The position numbers and the translations under genes were made by a program. From positions 1 through 64,000 of the forward strand of contig MQRK01198362.1 of NCBI GenBank assembly GCA_001938485.1: DNA of 64,000 nt. The letters run 5' to 3'. Below, piece by piece: positions 40,009-53,368 of the stretch; position 1 is the stretch's first letter, and each line of letters begins with the position of its first letter. The notes beneath the pieces are model-generated. The model saw only the letters and a list, made by a program, of their open reading frames with translations, had not been told where the DNA came from and did no database searches. This DNA is from Girardia tigrina. Its lineage: Eukaryota.

Positions 40009-40589
40009 CAAATTAGAAAAATAATAATTTTATCGAATAATTTTCGCTTTAGAGCTATAATTTAAACACAATAAAATATTTTATAATAGCGTAACATTAG
40101 ATCCCTATGCAAAGGTTATTAAAACGTTTTATTAAAAATTAATTATTAATTATTTATAATATATAATATTAATTATTTATAATCATAATATATTTTAATT
40201 ACAAATTCATTAAAAAATATATGTTAAATAAAAAGATAATAATAATAATAATTAACTATGATTTTAAATTATTTAAATTAAGGTTTTTCAACAAAATTGT
40301 CTCTTTTTTATATTCAAATAAAATAAATTTATAGACAAAATGAAATGAATGTAAATGTATATATGTGTGTGTATCCATAGAATTTAGAAACCTATTTTTG
40401 AAGGCTTTTTACTCAATCAATTTTCTCCCATCTTAGCACACTTACTCATTCTCGAAGACAATAAATGATTATGTAAAAATTTGATCGAAAAATTTTTTTA
40501 AGGTCTCAGAATTGGGAAAAAACGGTCTAACCGGAGTTCCTGAATAATATTAATTGAAAAAGATCTACTTATAAATTATATTAAAAACT

Positions 40590-40993
40590 GAACGCCATTT
40601 TTCAAAATTTATTTTTGTAATTAATTTCGACGGATTACCCGCCATCTTCAGACTAAATTAACACTAAAATTTTGCAGCTTATATGAGAGAAAGGTGATTA
40701 TGCAATCAATCATGTAATAAAGGCTCTATTTAAAAATGTTTAACAGAGAAGTTGAGTGTGAAGCTTGAATATTAATTTTTGGATCCATGGATCTTATTAA
40801 TAAGGCCTCACACGTTACTCTCTCCCAGTAATTTTTAAATCGATTACACAGAATTTGAAAATAATTTTCTGCGGTTTTCTTTTTACAATTTAAATTATGT
40901 TCGGCAATATTGCTCCCATTATCCAACCGATTATGCTTTTTGATCCGTTTGCAGAGGTGACAAGATGTCTCTCCAATTAAGTGGCGTTACACC
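40590..40993 (-). mobile_element. Penelope-like element 3' fragment (GIY-YIG endonuclease plus hammerhead)
   Basis: CNAT..IGETSCHLCKRIKKH...SNIAEH...WERVTCEALLIRSMDPKINIQ. Confidence 0.85.
40617..40653 (-). ncRNA. Minimal type I hammerhead ribozyme
   Basis: gt-CTGAAGA-t-GGCGG-gtaat-CCGTC-GAAA-TTAA-TT|ac, about 70 nt 3' of the GIY-YIG stop codon. Confidence 0.82.
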
Positions 40994-41482
40994 TGTGAGG
41001 GATAATTGTGAATGTTGTAAGTTTGTTGTTTGTATGCTGTTTAGATTTGTGACTCTCCTACTCAGATGGGATTGATATGTTATTTGATTAATTATTTGAA
41101 TCTAATGAAATTAATTTAATGATATTAAATTAAAGTACTAATTAATTAAAGTTTGATAATTATGAATTTTAATAATATTTTCAGTAAACGATTTTAACTT
41201 ATTAAATTTAATATATTTTAAAAATTAATGCTTATTTAAAAAATTGCATAATATCTTTTTATCCAATAAAATTAAGAGAAATTAAAATGTAATATTAAAA
41301 TTTCCCATTCATTGATTTTTTTTCATATTTGAATACGTAATCAAAAACTATATCAATCAAAGAAAGATGACCTCTGAAAATTGTTGTGAAGAATCTGTTT
41401 GTGTTGTAAATAAATATTTGCATTCAAATTGTGATGCTGTTAATACTCGTTTGCGAAAAAAATGATAATTCTATTAGATAAC

Positions 41483-41611
41483 CGTGAAATGCGTGCTGAG
41501 CGTCCGCTGGAGCCAGAACGCGTCGATGTCGTTCGGGTTGAGTTCGTCGCTGTTCGTGACCGCCTTCTGGTAAAACCCGGATGACGGGAGAACGGTGCTC
41601 GTTCCGGGAAC
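41483..41611 (-). pseudogene. SNRNP200: Isolated intact exon of SNRNP200/Brr2 (U5 snRNP helicase, start of PWI-like region), antisense in HEATR5B intron 2
   Basis: cttttcaag acceptor, 43 codons VPGTSTVLPSSGFYQKAVTNSDELNPNDIDAFWLQRTLSTHFT, gttatc donor. Matches Brr2 LHPRDIDAFWLQRQLS. About 60% GC. Confidence 0.78.
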
Positions 41612-44600
41612 CTTGAAAAGATGTCATTATTTCATAGTGTAAAACAGCCTGTTTATCAATACCAAGCGAGTGATAAACACGTTGTTTTAACACCAAATTA
41701 TAAATATACTAAATTAACCGAATCTCCGAATTAGGTGAATTTAGTATCTAATTTATAACACAACGTTTAATCAACAATCTATATATTTTTTTACTCAAAC
41801 AATAAATAATAAAAATTAATCAATATTGTCAAAACTTTAACCAGAAAAATGGGAACTATCGGATCAACTAATCTGAATCCTCAAATATTCACTGATTAAC
41901 CAAAATTGTATACAGAGGCTCTGGTTCGGATTTTTTTAAATAAAATCTTCTATATGTATTTGGTATTGTTGACGATAAATAATAATATAATAGCACCGCT
42001 AACTGTCGAAAAAAATGATAATTCTGGTAGATAACGTAAAAATAATGATTCAGTCGGATAAGGTAGAGCACAATAAAATTCATAGCATAAATTAGTGCTT
42101 TTTAATGATTAATTTTTTAATTCAAATCTAAATATCATATTTCTATAGTATACAATTTTGTAATTAAATTTCAGTTGTTGATTAAAATAAATTTCGTGAT
42201 TGAAAGAAACTTCTCCAGATTTACAGATCGAAATCTTTTGAAGAATGTCTTAGATGAGTTCCTTTTTTCTCATAAATCGTTTTGCAATTTCTTTTTTTCT
42301 CTAAAATATCATAAATTACAATGAGTGTTTTTGTAAAAAAACAATTTTCGAACTCAATAAGAATTATACATTTGTTTCTTTTTTTACTTTGAAATTATTT
42401 TTTGACCTGACGTAAATGAATTGATTTACTTACAAAAAATGACTATTATTAAATAATAATTAAATCTTTTATACATAAAAATTATGCATAAAATGCTGGC
42501 AATAAAAATAATAAGAATAATAAAAATAACAAAAAGCAGTACGAGCAAAGAAAAATATCACATACGAAGGCGGATAATAGAGATAAAATAAATAAATAAA
42601 TACATGCTACCTCAGCAATCATAAGCACTCAAAAATCACATATGGCCGAGCATTCACAAACGAAAAACGATCGCATCATAATATTAACTAAAGTTGATAT
42701 ATTACACATAGGTATTCTTAACATCAAATTTTGATATAAAATCAATACATTCAAAACTATTCAGAAATGAATAACTTTTTTGAAATTAAAGGTTTCAACA
42801 TGGTAACTAGATATTTTGCAACCAGATCTTTACGTTCTAATCCTCACAGTAATAAATATTACTCCTTCGAATTACTCCAATGTAAACCATATGAATTTAT
42901 TTTTTTTTATAAGATTTTATTTTTTTGTTGAAACATCTGAATCTCTCTCGTTTGCATTAAACTCTAAACTCCAAAGTATGGTGATGTGAAAATTGTTTAT
43001 TCTACTGATTGATATTCACGAAACTTTGTAGCGTGCGACTCTATTATAATTATTTATTTCTATGTTTTTGGTAAAGGAGAGGAAAGAATGTGCTTAAATT
43101 GTACTACGCATATTTTAAAATTGTATGCATTTAAATTAATTAATAATTTAGTAAATAACAAATAGTTACTTTTGTAAATTTTTGCTCTCTGTATAAACCT
43201 ATTCTTTGCCGAACGTATTTAGCAAAGGAAAAATTTTAAATAGACAAAAACACAAAGTCTAACTAAATTACAAAACGTAAAAATTTCCCAAATAATAATT
43301 ATTTAAAATAATATTTATTGATAAAAATGTATTTCAATAGTTTTACCATTATTACCAGACCACTTTTTTCTGCTCATTTATAAAACTAGTAATACAATTT
43401 TTTTTCTATATCCATTCTTTATGCGGGCAGAACTCAACTTGGCGAACAGAATTTCTTGTTATCTTTTTGTTCAAGGGAAAATTACTTTTACATTTTTAAT
43501 CAATTTATTATGTTATTAGTAACTATTAAAATCTTTTGTAGAAGCGAAAATTTCATACTAAAAATAGTTTTCTATATATAGAAAAAAAATTTGTATCACT
43601 AGTTTTAAAAATGTTAAAAATGTTAAGATCAGATTCATTAATTCAAGAAAAACTTATAACTGACTCCCATGTTTACTTGTTTCATCTTTCATTAGAGCAT
43701 TTACCTGATTACCTTGTAAAATTAAGGATCTTAAACTATCTATACTTTCAACTGACGGACACACGTCCTCACATAAAATCTCAAACGTTTAGGAAACCAA
43801 ACATTTTCTATATAAAATTTAGTTCATGAAAATCCTACCTGTAAAAGGAAATTTTGTATGACCTCCGAAATTCTTCGGATTCTGAAAAGGTCAAATTACT
43901 TATAAGACATTGATGTCGGTACTTGATTATTCCTATTGAATAACAATATGTTGAGAGTAGCAATTTACTGATTGATCATAGGTGGTTGATGTAAATATTA
44001 CAGAAATTAGTAGAAAAATGGAAAATGACAGAAATTGTATATGAGAATCGAACATTTCATTCTCATTTTTTAGTAGGAATATTGAGAAAAATTTCCATTG
44101 ATTTTTTATTTTATCATTTTTAATAACTCTATAACACAGAGTTATCAGAAAAGACATAATAATCCGAGCAAGTCAATTGAAAATATCAAAGAAGCGCATC
44201 TTGATTTGGTTTCGTATCTTTTATAGAAATCTAAATCTAGTTTTCAATTTGTATTATTTAGAGAAATTTCAATTTATGATTTCTCTGCCGGGAATAAAAA
44301 ATATTATTATTCTGAAAAATAGAAACTAATTTAAATTTTTGTGGAATTGATATTCAGATAGCCGGTTTTCTGGAGCCGGAGAGAAAACCGGTACATCCCT
44401 AGTTATGATCAAAATAAATGTATAAGTAAAGGTGAAAATAATTAGGAATGTAAAAATGTAAAAAAAGCAAATTACAAAATCGAAGTTAGTAGAAATACGG
44501 TTGAAGTAGAAAAAATCAACAAAATTGAAATAATAATCTAATTTTAGTTTCTATTTATTCTCTGGAATAACATTTCTTGACCAAATAACTAGATTCGCTT

Positions 44601-45446
44601 TGATTATTTACATATATTATTTATATCTCTTATGTATAAAACTTTGTGAGGAATATTTTGAATTGTGTGTTGATATTGTACATGTTACATGTTGATTCGG
44701 ATTGAGCCTCTCCTACACAGATGAATGATTTGTATTTTCTTTGATTCTTACTAATTAAAAATAATTTAATTTAATTTTAAAGTAAAAAAGATTTAAAATA
44801 ATTTTTGAATGTATTATTTATTTTTTAATGTAATTTAAAATTTTAATATATTAATTTAATATGTTCTTTTTTAAAAAAATGTTTAGATTTAATTTTAACC
44901 AATTAGACTCTTTATAATTAATAATTTTTATTAACAGATTTTCATTTATTGAAAATAATTAGTATGAACTCAGAAATATATTGATCAAGAGAGATGTCAA
45001 ATAGTGAATGCGCTTGTGATATTAATAAATGTTGTAAAACTCATATTGATGTTGTTAATAGTATTGTTTATTTTAAATATCACTGTTTTTAAGAGACTTC
45101 ATTGTTCTTGTCATATAATTATTCTTTTTAATTATGAATATTTTGTTTAATATTAAATAAGGTGATCTTTTAATCCGTTTATGAAAATACATTACCTAGA
45201 AAAATATAAATAAATTATCGTACAGAAGGATATGTATGAATAATTAAATTTAAATCCAATTTCAAAGATTATTTTACAATAAATTGAACTATTTAAATTT
45301 TTATTAAATTTGTCTCTTTATTCGCATTTTCTTATTTCCAACAATCTAATCTTCTTTTATCCACGAAAAATTTATTTTTATTCAATTTACTAAATATAAA
45401 CTGAAACGCATAATATTTATATTAAGGAATGTAAGAATAAAATAAG

Positions 45447-46125
45447 AAATAATATCTAAACAATTTTATAAAAAAAATTTTAAAAACAAATTAAATTTTA
45501 GTAGTCAAATTTAATATAAAAAGTTACTATATCAGAAAAGATTTTTTTAAATAATGGTAAATTATAGACGTATTTTGCTGGAAAAGCTTGATATGCCAAA
45601 AATATGGTAAATTTCGGAGGGTGGTAAATAAAGAGGTTTGACTGTATGATGTCAAATTTGAAACTATAGATAAAAGGTATTTTCAGTGGCATAAAATAGT
45701 TTCAGTTTTCAGTGACATAAAACTATAGTTTCGAAGAGGAAACTTTTGATGGTAAAAATGAGGATAAAAGAATACGAAACACTTATTTGTATATAAGCAT
45801 TTTTTTGAAATTATTTTTGTAAAATTATCAAAATTGATTCTTGGAAAAATATTTATTTTCTTTAAAAATGTTGTAATGACTATTATTACCTATATTATTA
45901 ATAATGCCAAGAACATTAATCAAATAATGGTAGAGGAAAGCTAAATTTCAAGAAATAAAACAGTAAAAGACAAATGAAAAATTAATAATAATAAAATAAA
46001 TGTTAAAATTAACAACGAAAATGTTATATATAAAAATATTAAAAATATACTGTGCTAGAAAACATTTATCATAAAAAATAGAAATTTGTCATAATTAAAT
46101 GAAATAGAACAAGTTCTAAATAATA
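45447..46125 (-). repeat. Inverted, highly similar copy of 58170-58814 (start of HEATR5B intron 6)
   Basis: Direct comparison; the ORF-track peptides at 45498-45692(-) and 58514-58741(+) are nearly identical. Confidence 0.9.
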
Positions 46126-46159
46126 TATTTCTTAATATATTTAATATATTTCTTATATT

Positions 46160-46538
46160 AACTTCAAGTGGACGACCATGGCGTTTTTCATCTTTGAGTG
46201 AAAAATCACCATAACGAAATTTTGCGAAACAATTTTGGCACTGCCGTTCTTTTAAGGCTTCGTCACCATAAACAGCACATAACTTTCTATGAACTTGCGA
46301 TGCATTTTGCCCTTTGCGGAAATAAAAAAGCAAAATATGACGACTATGTTCCTTTTGATTTTCCATTTTTCAACGAAGGACAAACGAAAACTACGCAACC
46401 GATAAATTTTTTTTTACTTATTGCTAACTATCAAATAACAAAATGTGTTTTACATTTGTACTACGTCTACAAATCGAAAAATTAAACTGAAGCCATCTAT
46501 GAGTGAAATCCGCAATTACTTAGTTGCTAACCCCAATA
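46160..46538 (-). mobile_element. Mariner 5' fragment (TIR plus HTH)
   Basis: MENQKEHSRHILLFYFRKGQNASQ...GRP; TIR ttggggttagcaactaagtaattgcggatt. Confidence 0.85.
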
Positions 46539-48222
46539 TATCCAATAAATGATACTTCTTATAATCGTTTTCTTTTATTTTAGTATTTTTTTCTTTTGAA
46601 TTAAAATATAAAAGATAAAAATAATAAAATGACTAACATGAATTCCATGTCGAATTATTTTATGATATAAGATATTAAGCAAAGTTTTTGAAGTAGTTAA
46701 TTATGCATATTTAAAATAGTTGTCGTGATAATAATATTACCATGACAGAATGCTACAAAAATCGACTAAATCTTTGATATTATTAACTAAACACCTTACT
46801 TAATAATGCAAAACTTCTCAGAAATTCTTATTCATTACACGTTACAGCGGCGTTGCACAACACTAACATGAATTCCTTTTTTAATGAAATAATATTAAGC
46901 GAAGTGATTAATTAATTAATTAAAATACGAAGTTTATTGTTTGACAAAAGAAACGTATTTTCATTCGATTCACTTAATAAGCAATACGTACGAAATCGGA
47001 TTTTTTAACTTAACTTCTGATATGTCACTACTACACCACATGGATCATATTCAGCTTATTTTCTTCTTTCACATAGTCTTTATTTGAAGTTAATTAAAAT
47101 TATAAATTCGCAAAATAGAAATTTTTTAATTTCAAATTTTAACAAAAATTAAATAATCATGTAAAACATAAAAAATACATAATTTATGAAACCAGAAGAA
47201 AGTAAAAAATGATAAAAAAATTAGAAAAAAACAAAAAAGTAAAGAATTATGTAAAACAAAAGTACATAAAGTTTAAAAATCTAAAAAGTAGAAAAAGATT
47301 TTTTAAAAACTAAAAAAAACTATATAATAATTAAAACAAACAAAAATCGTAAGTTAAAAAAAGTTTAGATTAATTAAAACCCATATATTTTTAAAAAGAA
47401 AATATTTATTAAAAAAATTCAAATAAGATATAAAGAAGTTAAACTGATTTAAAATAACAATAATTCGAGTAAAATTTATAAAGTAGAACGAAATTATTTT
47501 GAAAGAAATTAAAATTAAGATAAATATTTTTTAACAAAAGTAGTAAATTTCCAAGATAAATTTTAATAGTGAAAGTTTAATAAATTTATACAAAATTAGA
47601 AATTTGATTTTAAAGAAAATCTAATCAATGGATTTTGACGAAATGATTAAATTAGATTAACGAGGAGAAATGTGTTTAAATTGTGTGTAATTTTCATTAA
47701 TAAATTTGTGTGTGAAATTATGATTTATAATCCTGAATCAAACATCATGAAAGATAATATTAATGCAACTAACACTCTTATTTTCAAACTATAATCATAC
47801 GTTTTGTTTTTTATCAACGTTTTTGAATATGATGTCATTCATTATTTTTTTCTTGTGACTGTTAGAGATTTGTTTCCGAAAAGTAAGTCCAAATAGAAGT
47901 AAATTAGTTTTTATAATGTTTGACAAATGATAAATATTGTCAACGAAATCGGCCCCATGTGGAAAAATATGTTTTACTAGACAAAATCCCTTTAACTTAT
48001 ATTTATCTATTCAGATGAATATAATGATAGATGTTTTCTATAATTAGAATAATTAATATTTATTAATTTCGATGTATATTAGCGAATTTAATTATCTTTA
48101 TTTTTTTCAAACTATACAGTCAAATAAATTACATTTTTTCTTTTTATATAAAAAAAGAAATAATTTTTTTATATTCAGATATTATTAATAAGATTTAATT
48201 TTTAATTTTATTGACATTTTAG

Positions 48223-48378
48223 GCAGAATCGCAAACCAGATGTCAAACGATGTTGACTCTACAGCATGTGGTGATTGGGCTTGGATCAGCAGGGATCAGT
48301 TGTCACAAAGAAATACTGAAAGTAACAAAATTGTGTTTACTCGATAGATCAATGACTGTCAGAAGCTCGGCTTGTAAA
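48223..48378 (+). CDS. HEATR5B: HEATR5B exon 3
   Basis: AESQTRCQTMLTLQHVVIGLGSAGISCHKEILKVTKLCLLDRSMTVRSSACK; AG/GT bounded. Confidence 0.93.
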
Positions 48379-48604
48379 GTAATACTATCAATTTCAACAA
48401 TATTATTTTTTTATTAAGCATATTATTTTAGAGAAAAAGACATTAATGTATTTAGTTATAAATACAGAATATCGCATTATCGTTTTTAACTTTCTGATAT
48501 TGAATAGGAGATTAAAATTTCAATAACCAGGGAAGGAGCAAATTTTAAAGATACAGTCGGTCAAATCATGTTATCTAAATAAAAGAACGATTAGGAAGAA
48601 TATT

Positions 48605-49002
48605 GATAAAACGAAGCCCGGATGAAAATCTTCTTTTAATAACAAAAGTCATCCATTTAAAAATATATTTTACGACAATATATTTCGACGGATCTACCGT
48701 CATCTTCAGGTCACTAANNNNNNNNNNNNNNNNNNNNNNNNNNNNNNNNNNNNNNNNNNNNNNNNNNNNNNNNNNNNNNNNNNNNNNNNNNNTTCTCAAT
48801 AAGCTGGTTGAGACTGCCGATTGAACATTGATTTTAGGGCAACGTGACCTAATTAACAATGCTTCACACGACACTCTCTCCCAATAACTGTCAAAATGCT
48901 TACACAGAATTGATTAGCATGATTTCATGCAACCGATTACATAATCATCATTTTTGTATTTATATACAGGTGAATTGATTATTAATTAGTGACCTGAAGA
49001 TG
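48605..49002 (-). mobile_element. Penelope-like element fragment with inverted partial terminal repeat and 18-bp flanking duplication
   Basis: FDSYWERVSCEALLIRSRCPKINVQ; hammerhead at 48672; inverted truncated hammerhead at 48989-49005; ACGATTAGGAAGAATATT at 48587-48604 and 49003-49020. Confidence 0.8.
48672..48714 (-). ncRNA. Minimal type I hammerhead ribozyme
   Basis: gtgac-CTGAAGA-t-GACGG-tagat-CCGTC-GAAA-TATA-TT|gtcgt. Confidence 0.85.
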
Positions 49003-50019
49003 ACGATTAGGAAGAATATTTATCTAATTATAGTTAACAATTAGATGCTTGATATTTCATATTTTAAATAATTAATTTAATATACACATTCAATCTGTAA
49101 GCCTTCGGATTCGGTCAATGTACCATTCCTTCAGTTTTGAATGAAAAAAAATCTTGATAGTCTTCTTCACATTCATCAAATGACTCAAATCGCCAACATT
49201 TCATAAAGTAATGCATTGATTGAAAAAGACCATTGGACTAGAGAATCTTCAGCAGCAAAATCTTCACAATTCCTCGATCTTGTTACCAGTTTTTTTTCTG
49301 TGGGTACATGGGTTTTTATTGTTTTATTGGACGAACACGTCTTGCGTTCTTTTTCATCAGTGCATTTTTGCAATAAAGTTCGGCATTGATTGCGTCACAT
49401 TAGTATAAAATTCAGGAATCCTTTTGAATGAATATGCGCTATTTGAAAGACAAACTTCGTCTTTAATCTTATTAAAAAGCATATTGAAACTGTCTTCAAA
49501 AATCGGGGTTATGACAAACGACTATTGTTAGTTTGTATAGAAGAATACTTTACATTAAAAGGTTTATGTTGTTTCTAACTTTACCCATATTCGACTAAGT
49601 TTTCAAGAAAAACTTAAAAAGAACAAATACCATTGGTGTAAACTATAAATATTACACATAATTTACAACTATACGGTTGATAAAGTATAATTCCTTTCAA
49701 GTATTTTATAAGTATTCTTAAATTAGAATAATCCGGAATAAATATCAACATTAACAGTGATATATTTCAATGCGATCAAATAAAAAATTGTATTTATATA
49801 AGATTTGTGAAAATTGACTTATTTATTTTTTTATATTATTAATCAGATGTTGAGTGATTTGTTGACATTTTGAACATTTTGGTCACAAATTATATTTTAA
49901 ACCGAATATTATATTTTAAAATTGTAAACCATTATTGATCACTTGAAAGACAGCTTACAAGATTCCTTTTCTACAGATGTGGATTGCTTCAAAACTAAAT
50001 AAATTATAAGTAAGAAATA

Positions 50020-51119
50020 TTAGGTTGGTCGAAAAATAATGGCGGTTTTTGAGCTTTATACTTTGTTTATATACTTTGATATGTATATAAGTTTAAATGC
50101 ATTAGTGTTAGATATTATTTGAAATATTATGCCCAGCTGTATATTCCTATAGCCATTATTAACATATTGCTGTTATTTTTTAGAATATTTACGGTGCTAA
50201 ATTAATAATGGAAAAAATTAAAATTCGAGCACTTTTCTTGTACGAATTTAAACTGGGTCGTAAAGCAGCAGAAACGGCTCGCAATATCAATAAAGCGTTT
50301 GGCAAGGGAACAGCTTCTGAGCGCACAGTGCAACGATGGTTCCGAAAATTTTCTGATGGAGATGAAAACCTTGAAGATGAAGAAGATCGTGGTCGTCCAG
50401 TTACTGTCTACAACGACAATTTGAGGACAATGGTGGAAACAGATCCCCGTACAACAATCAGAGAACTTGCAGATGGGTTGGCATTATTCATTCAACAGTC
50501 CTGGATCATTTAAAACAACTTGGAAAAATCAAGAAACTTGATAAATGGGTTCCACGTGATTTGAATGAAAATCAAAAGAACCGACGCTATGAAATTTGTT
50601 CTGTCANNNNNNNNNNNNNNNNNNNNNNNNNNNNNNNNNNNNNNNNNNNNNNNNNNNNNNNNNNNNNNNNNNNNNNNNNNNNNNNNNNNNNNNNNNNNNN
50701 NNNNNNNNNNNNNNNNNNNNNNNNNNNNNNNNNNNNNNNNNNNNNNNNNNNNNNNNNNNNNNNNNNNNNNNNNNNNNNNNNNNNNNNNNNNNNNNNNNNN
50801 NNNNNNNNNNNNNNNNNNNNNNNNNNNNNNNNNNNNNNNNNNNNNNNNNNNNNNNNNNNNNNNNNNNNNNNNNNNNNNNNNNNNNNNNNNNNNNNNNNNN
50901 NNNNNNNNNNNNNNNNNNNNNNNNNNNNNNNNNNNNNNNNNNNNNNNNNNNNNNNNNNNNNNNNNNNNNNNNNNNNNNNNNNNNNNNNNNNNNNNNNNNN
51001 NNNCAAAAATGTATTGATGCCAACGGTTCATACTTTGATTAATAAACTTTTGTTTCTGTGAATTTGCACGTCTTTGAAGTTTGTGTCCCAAAACCGCCAT
51101 TATTTTTCGACCAATCTAA
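50020..51119 (+). mobile_element. Mariner transposon with TIRs, frameshifted ORF, part in gap
   Basis: TIR TTAG(G/A)TTGGTCGAAAAATAATGGCGGTTTT with TA TSD; MEKIKIRALFLYEFKLG..., WVPRDL motif. Confidence 0.93.
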
Positions 51120-51600
51120 TACATATCAAAAAATAATCAGATAATAACATTTAATTTTAATAAATCAAAGTATTAAAATTACAAAAGTTGGTATTATGTA
51201 TATAATCAGAAATGAAGGTAATTCCACTAAATGTTGAATAAAGTCAAGAAAATGGTTTGAGAAGTTTATTTCCAATTTATACTTTCAATTTGTATAATAA
51301 GGACAAAAGATTGAATAAAATAAATTAATACAACAAAGGTGAGTTATAATTAAATATATATATATATATATATATATGAGTCATATATTCGAAAGAGATT
51401 GTTTTCCTTTCATTTTTTGATTAAAGTCAATTTTTCCTTTATGAATATAAAAAAATAATATTAAAGTAGAAAATATGTTTGTGATTAATAAAAATATGAA
51501 TTTTATTTGTACTATATACAATGTGATAACCAAATTGAACTGAGTTAAGAACATTAATTAGATATTGGTAAACACATTTAATTCTATTTCAAACCTTTAG

Positions 51601-51763
51601 TGCTTGTTCTCGTTGGTGGAAAACTCTCCAACTCTCCATATTGAGATCGATAATATCATGTCCATGTGCTTCAAAGCTCTTGAAGATTCAAACTATGATG
51701 TGCGTTGTGAAATGGCCAAAGTTCTCGGATATCTGTTTTCAAAATCTTTAACAAATACATCAA
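51601..51763 (+). CDS. HEATR5B: HEATR5B exon 4
   Basis: CLFSLVENSP...CFKALEDSNYDVRCEMAKVLG...; the phase-1 donor at 51764 fits the next exon. Confidence 0.9.
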
Positions 51764-52702
51764 GTAAAAAAGTTTTAATTTTTGTCAGAAATAATCTGCT
51801 CATTTTATAATTTTAATGAACCTTTATAATATTTATTTATATTATAATATAGTCTCAGTTCATTGTCTGTATATATCATTGCACGACACAACCACATCGA
51901 AATTTTTACAAAAAGCAACAATACAAATTTTTTACACTTACATGATCAATAATAATTTTTTTAAGAACCTAAAACAATTCAGTTATGACACAAATATCAG
52001 GAATAGTACCCATCGGAATTAATAATTTTCTGCCATGTCTTCGACAAACTGGATCCCATTCCTGAATAGTGGTTCTAATTTTTCTTTGACCTATTTGTTT
52101 AACCAAGTCGAAAATGATTTGTTTTCAAGAAATTGAAGAAGGTTGAAGAACAACTGAAAGTTGGTCAGGGCAATGTCAGGTGAAATGCATAGTTGTGGCG
52201 CAGTAGCATCTTACCACCTAAGAAGACAAGCAATTTATTAATGTGTCTGATGAATAATTGTAATCAGATTTATATGAAGCAAGGTTTTATTAACTTAGTT
52301 CTTGACAAAAAAGATATTGAAAACTAAGATCAGAATACGAATGTGGAGGAAATAGACTCACGAATTTCTCCTTAGTGAAGGAGTTGTCTGTTATAAATTT
52401 AGTTCGATCACAAGTGATTAATTATTATTAATTTTTATAGACTGTCATCCAAGTGAAAGGTGTGTTTAGCTGTCTTATTTCACGTACGAAGTGTTGATAC
52501 GACAAATGGGTAAAATATCGCGGAACGCACATTCAAAATGGGTCTTTCATATGTAGTTAACTAAAACTTTCAAGGGCGTTGATGTCCCGCAACTGACATC
52601 CAAGACTGTAAATAGTTATAAAGAAGTTATTTTAAAATTGGAGGCCCATTAATTTGTAATTATTAGCGAGTTTATCATATATTAAATGTGAAAAGTATAA
52701 TA

Positions 52703-53368
52703 TTGGGCTGTGCGGAAAGATCTTTCCGATTTTTAATAAAAAAACAGTCGTTGCTTATCACCCGTTACTATTTATTTCAAGAAAAGTATGCTTTCATGGC
52801 TTTTGTAAAGCGAATTATAAATTGATATGCATTCAATCATACTTTTTTTCTCAGATTATGTGGAACCTATACATCACTAAAAGCTCATTGATGGGGGATT
52901 TCAGTATATTCAATATTTCTACTAGTTCATGAATCGCGTAGTGATGATTGGTCTAGATCAGGGTTTTGAGTGTTGGAGGGTCTACGAGTGCGTCCTTGGT
53001 CTTTGAAGTTAATATCACCAGTTCTGAACTTAGAAAAAAACTCGTGAACTGTTCAGTTAGCTAAAGCATGTTTTCTGTAAACAGCACATTATCACATGAG
53101 TAGCATTCTTGCCTATCTTGAAATAGAGAAGTGTCAAGTGTTAAAAACTTTTCAAGTTCACTTTTTTTTCAAGTGTTTACTTCTATTTTCAAATTACCGT
53201 GTATCATGTACAATTCAACTTAGATAAACAATATTTTTCCAAATATGCGTCAGACTATCACTTTTCATCATATATAAACCATTCAAACGTTTTTAATGCC
53301 TTTGACGTATTGTGACACATACCAGTGTCATATTTATACAATCGGCACGAATTTTCCAGACAGCCCAA
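52703..53368 (-). mobile_element. Internally deleted, decayed mariner
   Basis: TIRs TTGGGCTGT.. with TA TSD; minus-strand FSKFRTGDINFKDQGRTRRP. Confidence 0.75.

Noticed and set aside
41424-41696. ORF-track 90-aa peptide MVLKQRVYH...
   Set aside because: Wrong frame; another frame of the same strand gives the Brr2 motif.
43835-44070. Possible signal-peptide-like exon on the minus strand ending acag|gtagg
   Set aside because: Hydrophobic translation is expected from AT-rich DNA; the frame is broken and has no recognisable family.
4926-51100. Long ORF-track entries made mostly of X
   Set aside because: They are artefacts of N gaps; only the flanking translated residues are informative.
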